Source of the DNA: Anolis carolinensis | Lineage: Eukaryota | Length of the DNA stretch: 64,000 bases | Reading direction: 5' to 3' | Assembly (NCBI RefSeq): GCF_035594765.1 | Contig: NC_085842.1 | Span: forward strand, 30,046,782 to 30,110,781 | Shown here: positions 37,915-50,817 of the stretch, in pieces | Layout: each line of letters opens with the position of its first letter | Position numbering within the stretch: the stretch's first letter is position 1 | Position numbers and translations under genes: made by a program | Notes under the pieces: generated by a model | Seen by the model: only the letters and a program-made list of their open reading frames with translations | Told to the model about the DNA's origin: nothing | Database searches by the model: none

Positions 37915-38290
37915 GATCCCAAGATGCTTGTTCATAAAGCTACTGTCCTCCCAACTCTGTTATACACCTGCAAAAAGTGGACCGTCTACAGATGGACTCA
38001 ACTTCTGGAACGATTCCATCAGTGTTGCCTCTGAAAAATCCTGCAAATCTCTTGGAAAGACAGGTGAACAAATGTCAGTGTGCTGGAAGAAGCTAAGACC
38101 ACCAGCACTGAAGCGATGATCCTTCACCGTCAACTTGGCTGGATTGGCCACGTTGTCTGAATGCCTGATCACTATCTCCCAAAGCAGTTATTATACTCCC
38201 AACACAAGAACAGAAAACAGAATGCTGGTGGACAGGAAAAGAGATTTAAAGATGGGTTTAAAGCTAACCTCAAAAATCCCCCCAAAAATG
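37915..38290 (+). mobile_element. RTE-type LINE fragment
   Basis: Decayed RT C-terminus (ttccatcagtgttgcctc..atcctgcaaatctcttgg..tggattggccacgttgtc). Confidence 0.65.
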
Positions 38291-39385
38291 GGATTTGGAC
38301 TCGATAACCTTGTGGTCTCTTCCATTTCTCTAACTCAACTGATTCACTAAAGTGAATATAAGACTGAGCTGCTAACCATTTTTGCATTGTTCAGATCTTC
38401 TCAATACTCATGTCCTGACCTGCAATTAAACAAATAGGTTGTATTATATGCAAATGAGTTGACTTGATTTGAGGACATAAGATATGGCAATGCTGAGAGC
38501 AGGAAAACCACTCCTGGTTCCTGGTAAAGGTGAACAGAACAGTTTGAATAGGAGAGGCTGAACGAGCTTGGTGGGTGGGGTGGGAATGAAAATCTAGCCA
38601 GGAAAAAAGAGTGAAATATAAGAGGGTCGAAGAAAGGACATAGAGGGTGTGGGACTAAAGATTTTCTAAAAAGTGCAGTTGGTACTGGCTGAGTGAAGTA
38701 TGGAGCAGGAAATATACTAGCATGGGAGTAGGATGCTGGATTTCAACTCAGCTTCATTTCAATTTCATCATATACAGATGCAAACTGGGACATGTGTGGT
38801 CAAACAACATCAGTAGGTAGATGGTCAAGGTGTCAACAGTGATTAAGGAGGAAAAACAGACAAGCTAGCAGAGCTTACCAAACTTACAAGGAAAAGAGGG
38901 ATTTTACCTCTTTTGGAGATAATTAGCAGTAACTCTTAGGATTTTGAATTCAATTTGAAGCGATTGAAGTAAACTGAAAACAAGTGGAGATAGGTTGTAG
39001 GAAGAAGAGAGAAAAACTCAGACTTTTAAATCGCATCTAAAAAGTGAGATGACTGAGGAATAATCAGGACTGTCTCTTTGAAAATGGGATGGCTGTAGGG
39101 TATGACGTTACTTAGAATATAAAAAGAAGTCTGCTGGATCATGCCAAAGGCCAATATTTTCAAGTACTCTGTTGCCACAGTGGACAACCAGATTGCATTT
39201 AGAGGAAGAAAAAAATGTACTTGTATTTGTTTTTATATCCAAAGAATTCTGTTTCTTTCACTTGTGCACACCAGGTTGTTCCTTGTTCAAACCTAAAAGA
39301 ACCTCCAAACTTTGAAATCTCTTTCAGAGTTTACATGCAACACCAATGCCTGCTGGTTACAAATATTTTATTATTTCCTCCACAG

Positions 39386-39540
39386 CAAACCCACAGGATC
39401 AGAGAAGAAAGAAGTGGAGTGGCCACGTTACAATGCTACACTGGAGAACTTCTACCATCTTAGCACTGAGCCAGCCCAGGTTCTGCCAGTATCACCTGCT
39501 CGACACTGCAATCTTTTTAAAACACATACTGTAAATCCCA
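39386..39540 (+). CDS. Cholinesterase-like gene 3, exon 3
   Basis: ccacag|C KPTGSEKKEVEWPRYNATLENFYHLSTEPAQVLPVSPARHCNLFKTHTVNP A|gtgagt, 155 nt. Confidence 0.92.
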
Positions 39541-40558
39541 GTGAGTGCAGCTTTTTTCTTATTTTGAATACTTCTGTGTGCCATATCATTGGTATTTCTA
39601 ATAAGTTTTCTTTGTTTTGGATCAGCTATCTCTTTAATCTAATTGTCATATGTGTTTGTCAGTCTCATGTTCATGAATAGGAGAGGGGATTACTGAATTC
39701 TATCAAATGTCACCATCTATACTGCTGATTTGGGATGCATCTACACTGTAGAATGAATGGAGTTTGACACCAGTTTAACTGCTATGGCTCACTACTGAAG
39801 GTATTTAGTCTCTTCTGCCAAAGAGTACTGGTGTCTTACAGACTACAAGATGTAATGGTGTCCAGAGTACCCAAAATACTTTTTTTTCTGGGCTATCTGG
39901 TCTTTTTGGTCGAAAAAGATTTTGGATGGTGAAGAAAACAGTGTTTGACCTTTTTTCGACTCCCTTTTGACCTGTTTATCAAAAAACACTTTGGTAACTT
40001 CGTTGAATGCTGGAGCTACTGGCACAATTGACTTGGTTGGCAATGTTTCTTTTTTTTAATATAGATTTTTATTATTTTCTATGTGATTTTTACAGCGAAA
40101 GCGAGGAAAACAAAACCGTGGGGGTAGTGTAGAGAGATGCTGGGGAGGTAAAGTGGGTGAAAAGGCAGCAGAGAAGAGGGGAAGAGAAAAAAAAGGCCCA
40201 CATTGTCCCAGTGGGTTAAAATTTATCGACTTCCCATTGTCCTCCTGAAGAGTATTAGTTTTGAAGTTGGCAATGTTTCTGAAGAATTCAGGAAAATGGT
40301 TTCCCAATCTCATTTCATTTCTCAGTTCCATTGTTGTCTTTGTTCTGAATGATTTTGGAAATTGATTCACAATAAGAGAGAACATTAAGATGTGTAAATT
40401 CTGTTCTGATTTACTGAAATATCCAAAATATTGTTGATTGCTCAGATTCTCTAGAATTTTCCCTGACTTGTTATCAATAGGATAGAGAGAGAGAGAGAGA
40501 CATAGACAGAGAGATACGAGAGAGACAGAGAGATACAGAGAGATACAGAGATAGATAG

Positions 40559-41608
40559 TAAGGCTGTGCAATCGATAAAAAAGTTTCAAAAATCATTACA
40601 AAATTAGGGGGTACCAGTGTTTCATTTCTAAAATGTTTCTAAAGTATAGTTAGTGAAAATTTTGTTACTATAATGAGAATAATAACATTTCATTATCGTA
40701 ATTGTTCAAGTGGGGAAACTTCAGGGATTCCTATTGCCCTCATTTTTACAGCTATTGGGGTGAAGCTTGCTACAATGGTAGAACACTTTTACCACTGATA
40801 GCCCATCACATTTCAGAGCATTTAATTTACCCACAGATTTCTGGGGAATTTTCCAAGTTTTTATAAACAACATTTTTTAAATAGAAACTACAAGACCCAT
40901 CGCCTTCAATTTTCTATATAATGGCACAGGATGATAGAGGATAATTCTCTCCAACTTTCACAAATATTCATACATCTATTGATTTTAGGAAACTTTTAAC
41001 AAAACTTTTGACAAAAACGTTTTTTAAAGCCACAAAAGCAATCTCATTTAATGTGTGTTATATTAACCAATAGAACTTCCATTTTGGGATTTCTTCCCAG
41101 CTCAGCACAGAGCTTTACTTACTAGAAGTCTCAGTCAGTCCTCCTCTTTGCAGATTCAATAATTTATTGGAACTCTGGCTGGCTGCTGACTGGGGCTTTC
41201 TGATGTGAGCAGAATTCAGAGAAATGTAGTTTAGGGTAGGGCCTTTTGAATTCTCTGGCACAGGGCTTTTCGCCTTCCCAAACTACATTTCCCAGAAATT
41301 TGTGCTTTCTCAGACTCCCAGCAAACTCTGCTTTCTCCCTGCTGCTTTCCTCTCCTAATGACAAAAGGCCATTAATTTAAAGAGGAAGGCAGCCTTTTTG
41401 ACTTTGCTTTGCTTCCTTGCACTGAAAATGAAACTGACTTTGGGAGGCTTCCGAGATTTAAAAAATTAAAACAAAAAGCATTGGGTAAGTTTTGATTCTT
41501 ACGTTTTTGGCATGGCCCATGCCTGCGCATCAGATATTGTGTCGTAGGTATGAATTTAACAAATTTGATATGACTTACGACAACTAGCGAAAAAATAGCA
41601 TACCCCTA
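40559..41608. mobile_element. hAT-like non-autonomous element
   Basis: TAAGGCTGTGCA...GCATACCCCTA imperfect TIRs; internal similarity to 59919-61029. Confidence 0.55.
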
Positions 41609-41683
41609 ACTGATAGATGATACTGACAGTTCAAAACTGGAAGCTTCCTGTACAACTGTTATTCATTAATGTATGTCCAATAA

Positions 41684-42013
41684 AGTAAAGGTAAAGGTTT
41701 CCCCTGACATTAAGTCTAGTCATGTCTGACTCTGTGTTTGGTGCTCATTTCCATTTCTAAACTGAAGAGCCGGTGTTGTCTGTAGACACCTCCAAGGTCA
41801 TGTGGCCGGCATGACTGTATGGAGCGCTATTACCTTCCCGCTGGAGCAGTACCTATTAATCTATTCACATTTGCATGTTTTCAAACTGCTAGGTTGGAAG
41901 AAGCTGGGGCTAACAGCAGGTGCTCACTCTGCTCTACGGATTCGAACCTGTGATCTTTCAGTCTGCAAGTTCAGCAGCTCAGCGCTTTAATGCGCTGAGC
42001 CACTGGGGGCTCC
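41684..42013 (-). mobile_element. Sauria SINE
   Basis: Homologous to 25079-25412. Confidence 0.85.
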
Positions 42014-42368
42014 CACACATGGGAATAATCAATTGAATATCATGGCTTAGCTGGTCCACTATTCTTGGGCTTTGTACACATAAGTTTTTTTTTTTCCTTA
42101 GATAACCTAGAAAACACACAAACTACAACAACAATTTGGGCTAAGTCTCTCTTCCCTGTGGAGGAATCATACTTCTGTAATATGTGTGTCTTTGGTACTG
42201 AAGGAAGTTGATAACAAAACCTCCCCAGCATGCTTAGCAAGATGGCAGTCTACCTACAATTCTTTGGGGACATACTGTTAAGAGATACACTAATGTCTTC
42301 TTAGATATTTAGCCATACTTGGAGAAGTTCTAATTATTCTCCATTGCTCCCTCCCATTTCTTTTTCAG

Positions 42369-42388
42369 AGAAATCAGATGAAGATTGA
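42369..42388 (+). CDS. Cholinesterase-like gene 3, terminal exon truncated by insertion (KKSDED*)
   Basis: Acceptor homologous to gene 4 (tttagccatacttggagaagttc...ag|agaaatcaga); stop TGA 42386-42388 is the first 3 nt of the insertion. Confidence 0.8.
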
Positions 42389-42654
42389 GAGCGGACAACA
42401 GTCCTCCCCATTGGGAACTCGAATTCTCCAGAAGCCAGGAAGTGTCTCCTCTCTGCTGAGATGAGATAGTTGCATCATTCATTGTTCCAGTTTGCTTTGT
42501 CACCCACGGGGCCCTGCGTCCATTTTGCCCCCCTCTATTTTTCTTGCATTTTATTTACTTCTCCAAAATAAATTATTTCTCTTGAAACCAAGAAATGCCT
42601 GTCTGTTGCCTGTTTGGGTTTTAAATCTGAATATTTAAGAGGTTGGGACGACAG
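42386..42654 (+). mobile_element. ~270-bp solo-LTR-like insertion in gene 3 last exon
   Basis: Flanked by direct repeat GAAGAT (42380-42385, 42655-42660); starts TG, ends ...GACAG; internal AATAAA 42567-42572; absent from the gene 4 paralog. Confidence 0.75.
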
Positions 42655-42811
42655 GAAGATGGTAAGAGATACCAGTCTTCACTAGCAGGAACTATTGTAA
42701 AATGGTATCAGGAAAACCTGGATACATGTAAGTAGCCACTTGTTAGGAATGGCCACAAAAATCTTTCCAAATATCCAGTTGACTAATTTCTGTGAACCAT
42801 GGCTAAAATTA

Positions 42812-44148
42812 TCTATATCTTCTATATCCATAATACAAGTGGAAGTATGTATGTGGTTGGGATTCCCACTTCCACAGACAGGCTCCCACTTCCACAAATA
42901 GCTATAACCCCCACCAAAGAGGAGCCACCAAAGGCTCCAATGATATTGCAGGTTATAGAGAGCACTGTGAACTTTTACAAGAGCTGCCAAACCCTGCCAA
43001 TGTCCTCCACAAACACAATACTGTTCACCAGTCAAGTGAATGCCTTCATACGGGGGCAATCTCATGCTAGATTTTATGTGTTTCTTCTACTACTCTTTCA
43101 ATTGATGTGGAATTTGCATGATCCCACCCATTACCTCTCCTATAACCCTTTCCTGTTCTTTTCTATGGCACACAACAAACAGAGCAAAATTGATCAACAA
43201 CTGAACATACTGGAGAGGCTTAGGGACTGACTCAACATGATGGAAGTTGTAGTTCGCCCTGCATCAAGACAGATCACTGCGACCCCTACCGTAAAAGGAC
43301 CTGGATCAGATTTGGCACACAGAACCCCCATGGCCAACACAACATACTGGAGGGGCTTGGGGAGAATTGACCTTGATTTATAGGAGTTGTAGTTCACCTA
43401 CATCCACAGAGCACCGTGAACCCAAACAACAATTGATACTTGATGTGCCCAAATTTGAATACAGGTGGGGCTTGGGAGGAATTGGCCTTTACATTTGGGA
43501 GTGGTAGGTACTGAGGTTTATATTTCACCTGCTATCAAAGAGCATTCCGAATCCCCACCAATGATGGACTTGGACTTAACTTGGCACACAGAACCCCCAT
43601 GATCAATAAAAAACACTGGAGGGTTTTGGGGGGAATTTACCTGAATTTGGAGAAGTTGTAGTTCACTTACATCCAGAAAGCATTGAGAACTTAAATGACA
43701 ATGGATCTGGACCACAGTTGGCACACAGAAACTCCATGAACAACTGAACATTCTGGCTTTGATTTCTAGGAGTTGTAGTTCACCTACATCCAGAGACACT
43801 GTGACCCCCCCCCCCACGATAAAGGAACAAGACTAAACTTGGCACACAGAATTCCCATGATTAACTGAACCTACTAGAGGTGTTTGAGGGGACAGACCTA
43901 CCATGGTGGGAGTTGTAGTTCATCCTGCAGCCAGAGAGCACATTGAACTCCATCAATGATGCATCTGGAGCAAATTTGCCACGCTTTCCCAACATGACCA
44001 ATTTTCAATACTGATGGAGTTTGAGGGGGGGGGGGCTAACCTGGAATGTTGTGAGTTATAGTTCACCCACAAACTATTCATGTTCTTAATAAGACCATTC
44101 ATACAATTTTAAAAAAGGTACTTGGGCATTGCCGGGTACCTAAGCTAG
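42812..44148 (+). mobile_element. Non-autonomous Helitron-like element with internal ~125-bp repeats
   Basis: A|TCTATA... 5' end; 3' hairpin GGTACTTGGGCATTGCCGGGTACC followed by CTAG|T; no TSD; repeated ggagttgtagttcacc...cttggcacacagaa units. Confidence 0.75.
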
Positions 44149-45693
44149 TATCAAATAAAAGAAAACATTAGGGTTATTCATTGGGTTTTACTTCATTCCG
44201 CATTATCTTGGTGAGTAGAAGTTTAGTTTATTTATTTTTTTTCTAAATCTGGGTAACCTGCTCTTCCCTCACTTCATTCTTTAAAAAATATTCAAAGCGG
44301 TCTTTGTCTGGTCTGAGGGTGGGACTTGATCCAGTGGGATCTCCAGAAGGATCTTGGGATATCTGTGTAAAACAACTATGTCAAATATTCTGCAAGAAAA
44401 GTCTTGAATTGCAAATAGTTTTTGAAAACTGCATAGTTTGTGTGAAGTGTTGGCTCTGCCTTTTCCTCTCCTTTGCTTCAGTTCCCTCTGTTTAGGTTTT
44501 CCCAATAGTGTAGATATCTCCATTTGTATTAGTTTTGGGTGGAGCATAAAATCTCCCTAGTTGGTCTGTTCCAGTTGCCTGTCCAGAGCTTTCTTGCCAG
44601 GCTCCCTTTTTCTTTCTGCATCAGAGCTACAGTGATTAGAGGCCTGGTCATTGTTTGGTATTTTTAGATCCAGCAATCCAAACAGATATCCTTAGCACCT
44701 GCATTTAGCAATATTCATATACCATTAGTCTCAGAGACAACAGAAGCTTGTGGTCAGCCCAGGTTTCACAAAGTGGAAGACCAAGACAGCTTATAAACAC
44801 CATCTTGTAATCCATCACTTTACATCAGAGGCAAAGGACTTTTAAGGATTCCAGAGAGATGACTGCAACCAGCAAAATCTCCTTTTGTTATGTATTGTTT
44901 TAAGCTATCTTACAATAGTCCCGGTTGGAGTTAGCCCTTTGTTCTTCCTGTTTTCAGTAAACTCATTTTGGTTAACTTTCATCTTGCCTAAAGTGCTTCT
45001 GTATGGTAAGAGTCCCGATCTTAAAAGAAGGTATACAGATAGCCCTCGAGTAAAGCCAGACACTATAGTTTTCCTAAAGGCTCGGGCGTGCCATCACAAT
45101 TTGCAAAAACATTCTCCCAGTCAGAAGAATATTGCAGAATTTACTCTACCTTATGGAGACATCATTGAATCAGTCCTGATAATTTCCTGGATTTTGAACA
45201 GTCCAAATGTGAATAATGTTCATGTGGCAAACCTCTTGTCATTGACATCTGTCTGGTTGGAATGAGTTCTGGTTGATTGGATTCTGCCATATAATGAGAT
45301 GAGTCTACATTGCCATATAATCCAGTGTTGTGCTGTCCAGATGTTCTTGGACTATAACTCCCAGCATGCGTTACTGATGGCTATTGGGCACTGCAATCTA
45401 ACACCATAGGGAGGGCCACATCATTCCCAGGTGATACCATTTTTTAAAGTGACCTGCCACAAAACCTTTGAATGTTGAGAAGAAAGAAGGTATAAAAACT
45501 TTTAGCCTTTGTTTTGGAATCTAAAATTCTGTGTTAAAGGCAGAGCTGTTTCTTTCCCGGGTGAAGCCAGCTACTTTATTTTTCCTTTTGAAAAATGAAA
45601 AGCTACACCAGTAACAGCATGCTTACTGCTTACTGATCACTGATACTCTGTTCTGATTTTCTTTTTTATAAAATGCAAAATGCTATTCTATAA

Positions 45694-45829
45694 CAATGGT
45701 TCTCAACCTGTGGGTCCCCAGATGTTTTTGGCCTTCAACTCCCAGAAATCCTAACAGCTGGTAAACTGGCTGGGATTTCTGGGAGTTGTAGGCCAAAGCA
45801 CCTGGAGACCCACAGGTTGAGAACCACTG
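45694..45829. mobile_element. hAT MITE (same family as 6485)
   Basis: CAATGGTTCTCAACC...GGTTGAGAACCACTG; absent from the paralogous block at ~61740. Confidence 0.85.
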
Positions 45830-47084
45830 TTATAGGATAACCACAAAGGGGTTAACAGAGGACAGTAACGATTGTTGAGGCAGACTTTGAAGTTTACAAA
45901 ACATACATTGCAAAATAATCTGGAATCTTGCAAACAAGTTGTGACCTTTTTTGAGGTAAGTGTATCTGTGATTCAAAATGGCACGATGAAGACTTGATCC
46001 TTACAGAATACATACAAATCCCATAATGCCCTCAGTAGCCTCCTTTCTTTCTGTACTTAATAAAATAATGTTCTTTGACTCATTATATGAGAGATGGATG
46101 TCTCCCCCCAATCTGTCCAATGTTCCTCTATCTCAACATAGTGATTAACTAACAGTTTATCATACAGGAACAAGAATGGATACATACTTTCAGAGAGCTT
46201 AACAGGATGAAAAAACATGTAGATCATGGAATCATAAAGTTGGAAGAGAATGCATGGGCCATCCAGTCCAACCCCTTGCCATGCTGGAAAAGCACAATCA
46301 AAGCACCCCCCAACAGATGGCCATCCAGTCTCTGTTTAAAAGCTTCCAAAGAAGGCCATAAAAGTAGCAGAGTTATCCACTGTAAGAACGGCATAGAAAG
46401 TGAACATATTTGGCATTGTTGGAAACGAAAACAACTGTTCTCTTAATGAAATGGAGAAATGTCTGTTGAAACCTTCAAGTGGTAAAAAGCCCTCTTTCCT
46501 CCCTGGATTTGAACCGCCGACCTTTCAGTCAGCAAGTTCAGCAGCTCAGTGGTTTAACCCACTGCACCACCGGGGACTTTAATTTGGTAAGGATGCAGAT
46601 TTAAATTAAAATGCAGAATCCTCCTCAAATTCCAACTTGATATCATCAGTACCATTGTATACTTATGAACAGAATGTCTTGATGATTCTTGAGTGGATGC
46701 TCTTACTGCTTTCCCATTTTCTGGTGCTCTAATGGTCCTACATTTGTCAGGGATTTTATTTTCAGTAGAAATCCATAGCAAAATCATGGTAGAGCTGCAT
46801 TTTGGCCGAGTGCAAAACGTGTATGGAATGCTTTCTGCATTGTTATCACAGAATGGTTGTTTTCATAATACGCTTGAACAACAAAGCACCAATGTTCACT
46901 GGTCCAACTAATGATGGGAACTGAAAACAGCAGGGCCTAATCTACTGAATTAGACCTACACCACCACTCTACATCCACTACAGCTGACACATTCCCCCCT
47001 TCAAATATGGGAGATCTTTGTGACCCAGCCTGTACAGATAAAGAGTGACATGACAGTATAAACGTATCTGCATATAGTGTATAC

Positions 47085-47791
47085 CAGGAGTCCCCAAACT
47101 TAGGCCCGGGGCCCGGATGCGGCCCTCCAAGGTCATTTACCTGGCCCCCGCTCTCAGTTTTATAATATAATATTTTACATCAGTTTTAATAATATAATAT
47201 ATTGTATATACATTTAATATTGATAATAATATTATGTTATGCAATATAATACTAATAGTAATACCATATAATAATATTAATTATATGTTATATGTTACAT
47301 ATTATATAATAGTATAGTGGTATAGTTCAATATAGTAATATATAATGCTAATATTGTGTTATGCTAATAATATAATATATTGTATGTACATACAGCTGCT
47401 CTGAGTCCCCTTCGGGATGAGAAGGGTGGGATATAAATGTAGTAAATAAATGCAGTAAATAAATAATTAATTTTAGACTTAGGTTCGGCCAAAGTCTGAC
47501 ATGACTTGAAGGCACACAACAACAACAACAACAATCCTAATTAACTTGACTATCTCATTGGCCAGTAGCAGGCCCACACTTTCCACTGAAATCCTGATAG
47601 GTTTATGTTGGTTAAAATTGTTTTCATTTTTAAATATTGTATTGCTTTGTTGTTGTTGTTGTTGTACTACAAATAAGACATGTGCAGTATGCATAGGAAT
47701 TTGTTTTGTTTTTTTCAAATGATAATTCGGCCCCTCAACAGTCTGAAGGCTTGTGGACCGGCCCTCTGCTTCAAAAGTTTGGGGACCCCTG
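47085..47791 (+). mobile_element. hAT non-autonomous element, OposCharlie/OC1-like
   Basis: TIR CAGGAGTCCCCAAACT...AGTTTGGGGACCCCTG; perfect 8-bp TSD GTGTATAC. Confidence 0.85.
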
Positions 47792-48026
47792 GTGTATACA
47801 GTGCCAAGCAGATGAGAAGGAGGAATCATAACTGAGTGCAGAAATTAATTCCTTACCACTTCTTGGCATGTAAAACTGTATGAATAAACAAACACCTTCT
47901 ATATGCATAATATTAAATATTGTATACAATTACCTTCAGGCTAAGATTATAAGATTATGAAACACAAGTTATTTACATTGTTCCCATCTTTGTATACGTA
48001 TACGGAAACATTGGTAATTCAAAATT

Positions 48027-48521
48027 TCTCTGCGTTGCTACAAATTTGGTAATAGAAATAAAATGTCATGCTAGGAGGCAAAATTATTATTTGAAATGGC
48101 AATGCCTTATTTTATCTCCATCCCTAAGAACACTGAGACTCTAGCATCAAACAGTATGTGGCTCCAATCAGCTCCATCCCAGACAGCGGGCAGCATGAGA
48201 TTTAGATAGCTTGGTTCTAAATCCATGCAGTTGGGGCCCCTTCCACACAGCAATATAAAATCCACATTGAACTGGATTATATGGCAGTGTGGACTCAGAT
48301 GATCCAGTCCAAAGCAGATATTGTGGATTATCTGCCTTGATATTCTGGTTTATATGGCTGTGTGGAAGGGCCCTGTGATAGTGTTGTTGTTCACTGTTTG
48401 ATGCTAGAATCTCAGAGTTCTTAGGGATGGAGATAAAATAAGGCATTGCCATTTCAAATAATAATTTTGCCTCCTAGCATGACATTTTATTTCTATTACT
48501 AAATTTATAGCAACGCAGAGA
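48027..48521. repeat. 129-bp near-perfect inverted repeat enclosing a palindromic MITE
   Basis: Arms 48027-48155 and 48393-48521, 4 mismatches by eye; MITE at ~48234-48373 in the spacer. Confidence 0.9.
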
Positions 48522-49037
48522 TTGAAACATTAAAAATCTTTCACACCTAGAACCCAGAATCATTCATACCTAAAACATTTTATGTATGTTTGCATTCCTT
48601 TTGGTAACTTTTCCTGCTTCTCTTCTTTGGATACCCAAACTCTATTTCTAAATGCTCAGCTGCAGATTTAAGTTACTGCAATGTTGTAAATTGTAGGAAA
48701 CCTTCATGGCAGGGCAACATTCTAACTGCGTGAGGCAATGTCCTCATTTTGTTTTCCTGTGGCAACATGCCCACATTGATCTCAAGTCTTGTGTAGTAAA
48801 AACTTGGGCAACTGGTTGAGTAATCAGGAATTGCTCAAGTACTGAACTGAACTGAACTGAACTGAACTGAAATCAAATCTCTGAACCTCATTTCTGTTTA
48901 ACTTCTGCCAAAAAAAAAACAAACCCCATCCTCTTATGTTTATGTCTTTCAATACAAGTATTTTGAATGGGCTTCTATGTTTTTATGTTTTATATCTCAA
49001 GCCTTGAGGAGAGGTAGATAACAAATAATCTTTATTG

Positions 49038-49075
<38 letters not shown>

Positions 49076-49321
49076 GTCATCATCATCTTTAACGCTCCCA
49101 CAAAGGACATCTCAAAGACTCTGAATAGCCCACTGTAGATGAAAATATCAGTTTTTTTTACAATAAAGACTAATGTTTAGCTTCTCTTTTATTAAGTTTT
49201 TTTTTCAATACAGTTGGATTCTTCTGTTATGAGAGAGTCTTAGAAATATAGTAATGATATTCCACTAGTGCTGGAAGTTGTACGTACATGCTATCTGGCA
49301 TCAATTACCCTGACACATATA

Positions 49322-49890
49322 TCTATCAAAATATATATAAGTGAAGTAGGTCTGACAACTTATCTATTTTCCAAGGTGGCTCCCACTCCCAGAAAGCCCT
49401 GTAACTCCTGCAAACAACGGATCTGGACCAAACTTGGCAGACATACCCAATATGATTAACATAAAATACTGGAGGGGTTGGGGAGTTACCATGGGTGATG
49501 GGAATTGCAGTTCACCCACATCCGGAGACCACTGTGAACCATACTGACAATGGATCTGAACCAAACTTGGTGCACACACTCATCATGACCAACCCTAAGT
49601 CCAGCTGGGGTTGGGGGTGTGTGTTTAGACCAGGATAATGGGAGCTGCAGTTCATCCAGATACCACTGCATACCCCACCGATGATGGATCTGGTCCAAAC
49701 TAGGTACACATGACCATCATGACCAACTTTAACTGTTGGCAGTGTTGGGGTGGATGGGAGGGGGCTGGGATGATGGAAGTGGTGGTTTACCTATATCCTT
49801 ACATCTAATGGAACCATGCATAACATCCAAAAACAAACAACAACTTTTCCCTAATAAATAGCGTTACAAATAATCTAACCCGGGCATCAC
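49322..49890 (+). mobile_element. Helitron-like element, second (3'-truncated) copy
   Basis: A|TCTATC...TATATATAAGTGAAG start, same ggatctggaccaaacttggc repeats, ends at CCCGGGCATC half-hairpin. Confidence 0.6.
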
Positions 49891-50189
49891 AACTGAAGAC
49901 ATGGTTGTTTCGACAAGCCTTCGACCATATTTAGATACCTTTCATAAATATGTGAAGACCCATAGCTGTCACTAAGCACTTTACATTACTAGATTAACTA
50001 CTGTTGTTTTATATCTGCAGCTATTGCTGTATTTTTTTTATTTTTACCAAGAGGTTTTATGAAGTGAGATGTTTATATTGGCTGTTATTGTTTTGTGTTA
50101 TTGTTTCTGCAATTTTTGTATTTTGTATGTTGCACCTTTGAGTGCTTTGTAAACCGCCCCGAGAGATGGTGGCAGGGTATAAATAAAGT

Positions 50190-50221
<32 letters not shown>

Positions 50222-50619
50222 CATCACCACCACCACATAAGCTGGCTCTCCGTGAAAGTAAATTGTGTAGATGGAAATTCATTACTCCTTCCCAAAGAAT
50301 CCTGTTTCTCTAACGTGTGTATAGTGGACATTCTAGATCTGTGGGCTCCAGATCTATGAATTCAATCTATCTTTCAATCGTCATATCCCATATTATAAAA
50401 TGGTGATGACATGAATGCAAACATACTGAACGATCCACGTTCCAGGCATTGCCTTTTTGGTACCCATGGGGAATACTAAAATTAAACCAGAGGGTCCACT
50501 ATACTGCATGAGTTACTGTGGTGATAGAAATTACATATTATTTCTGCAATCTCAGCAAAATTTAACCCACACAATTCCTTTAAGGAAGGCCAATTATGAC
50601 AGTTAAACTGCTTTAAAGC

Positions 50620-50817
50620 TGCATTTCCTTCCTCAGAATGGTCCAAAACAATATATATCTGAACTGATTGACATAGTAAGACATTTACCAGTTATGAGAA
50701 ATATCGATGTGGCAATACTACTTAAAGGGGGAAATGTTCAGAAGAGTGGGAATTGGCCACAATCTCTTGAACAAGACAATTAACCAGCAGGCTGTTTGTG
50801 GGCGTAAGCAGGTAAAT
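50620..50817 (+). promoter_or_regulatory. Putative promoter/non-coding exon 1 (type A) of gene 4
   Basis: Homologous to 8250-8448; donor AAGCAG|gtaaat (exon end 50811), locally duplicated ~60 bp downstream. Confidence 0.5.

Noticed and set aside
44200-45265. Short ORFs, also at 57400-59100
   Set aside because: No recognisable domain or splice structure; probably decayed LINE sequence that I cannot classify reliably.
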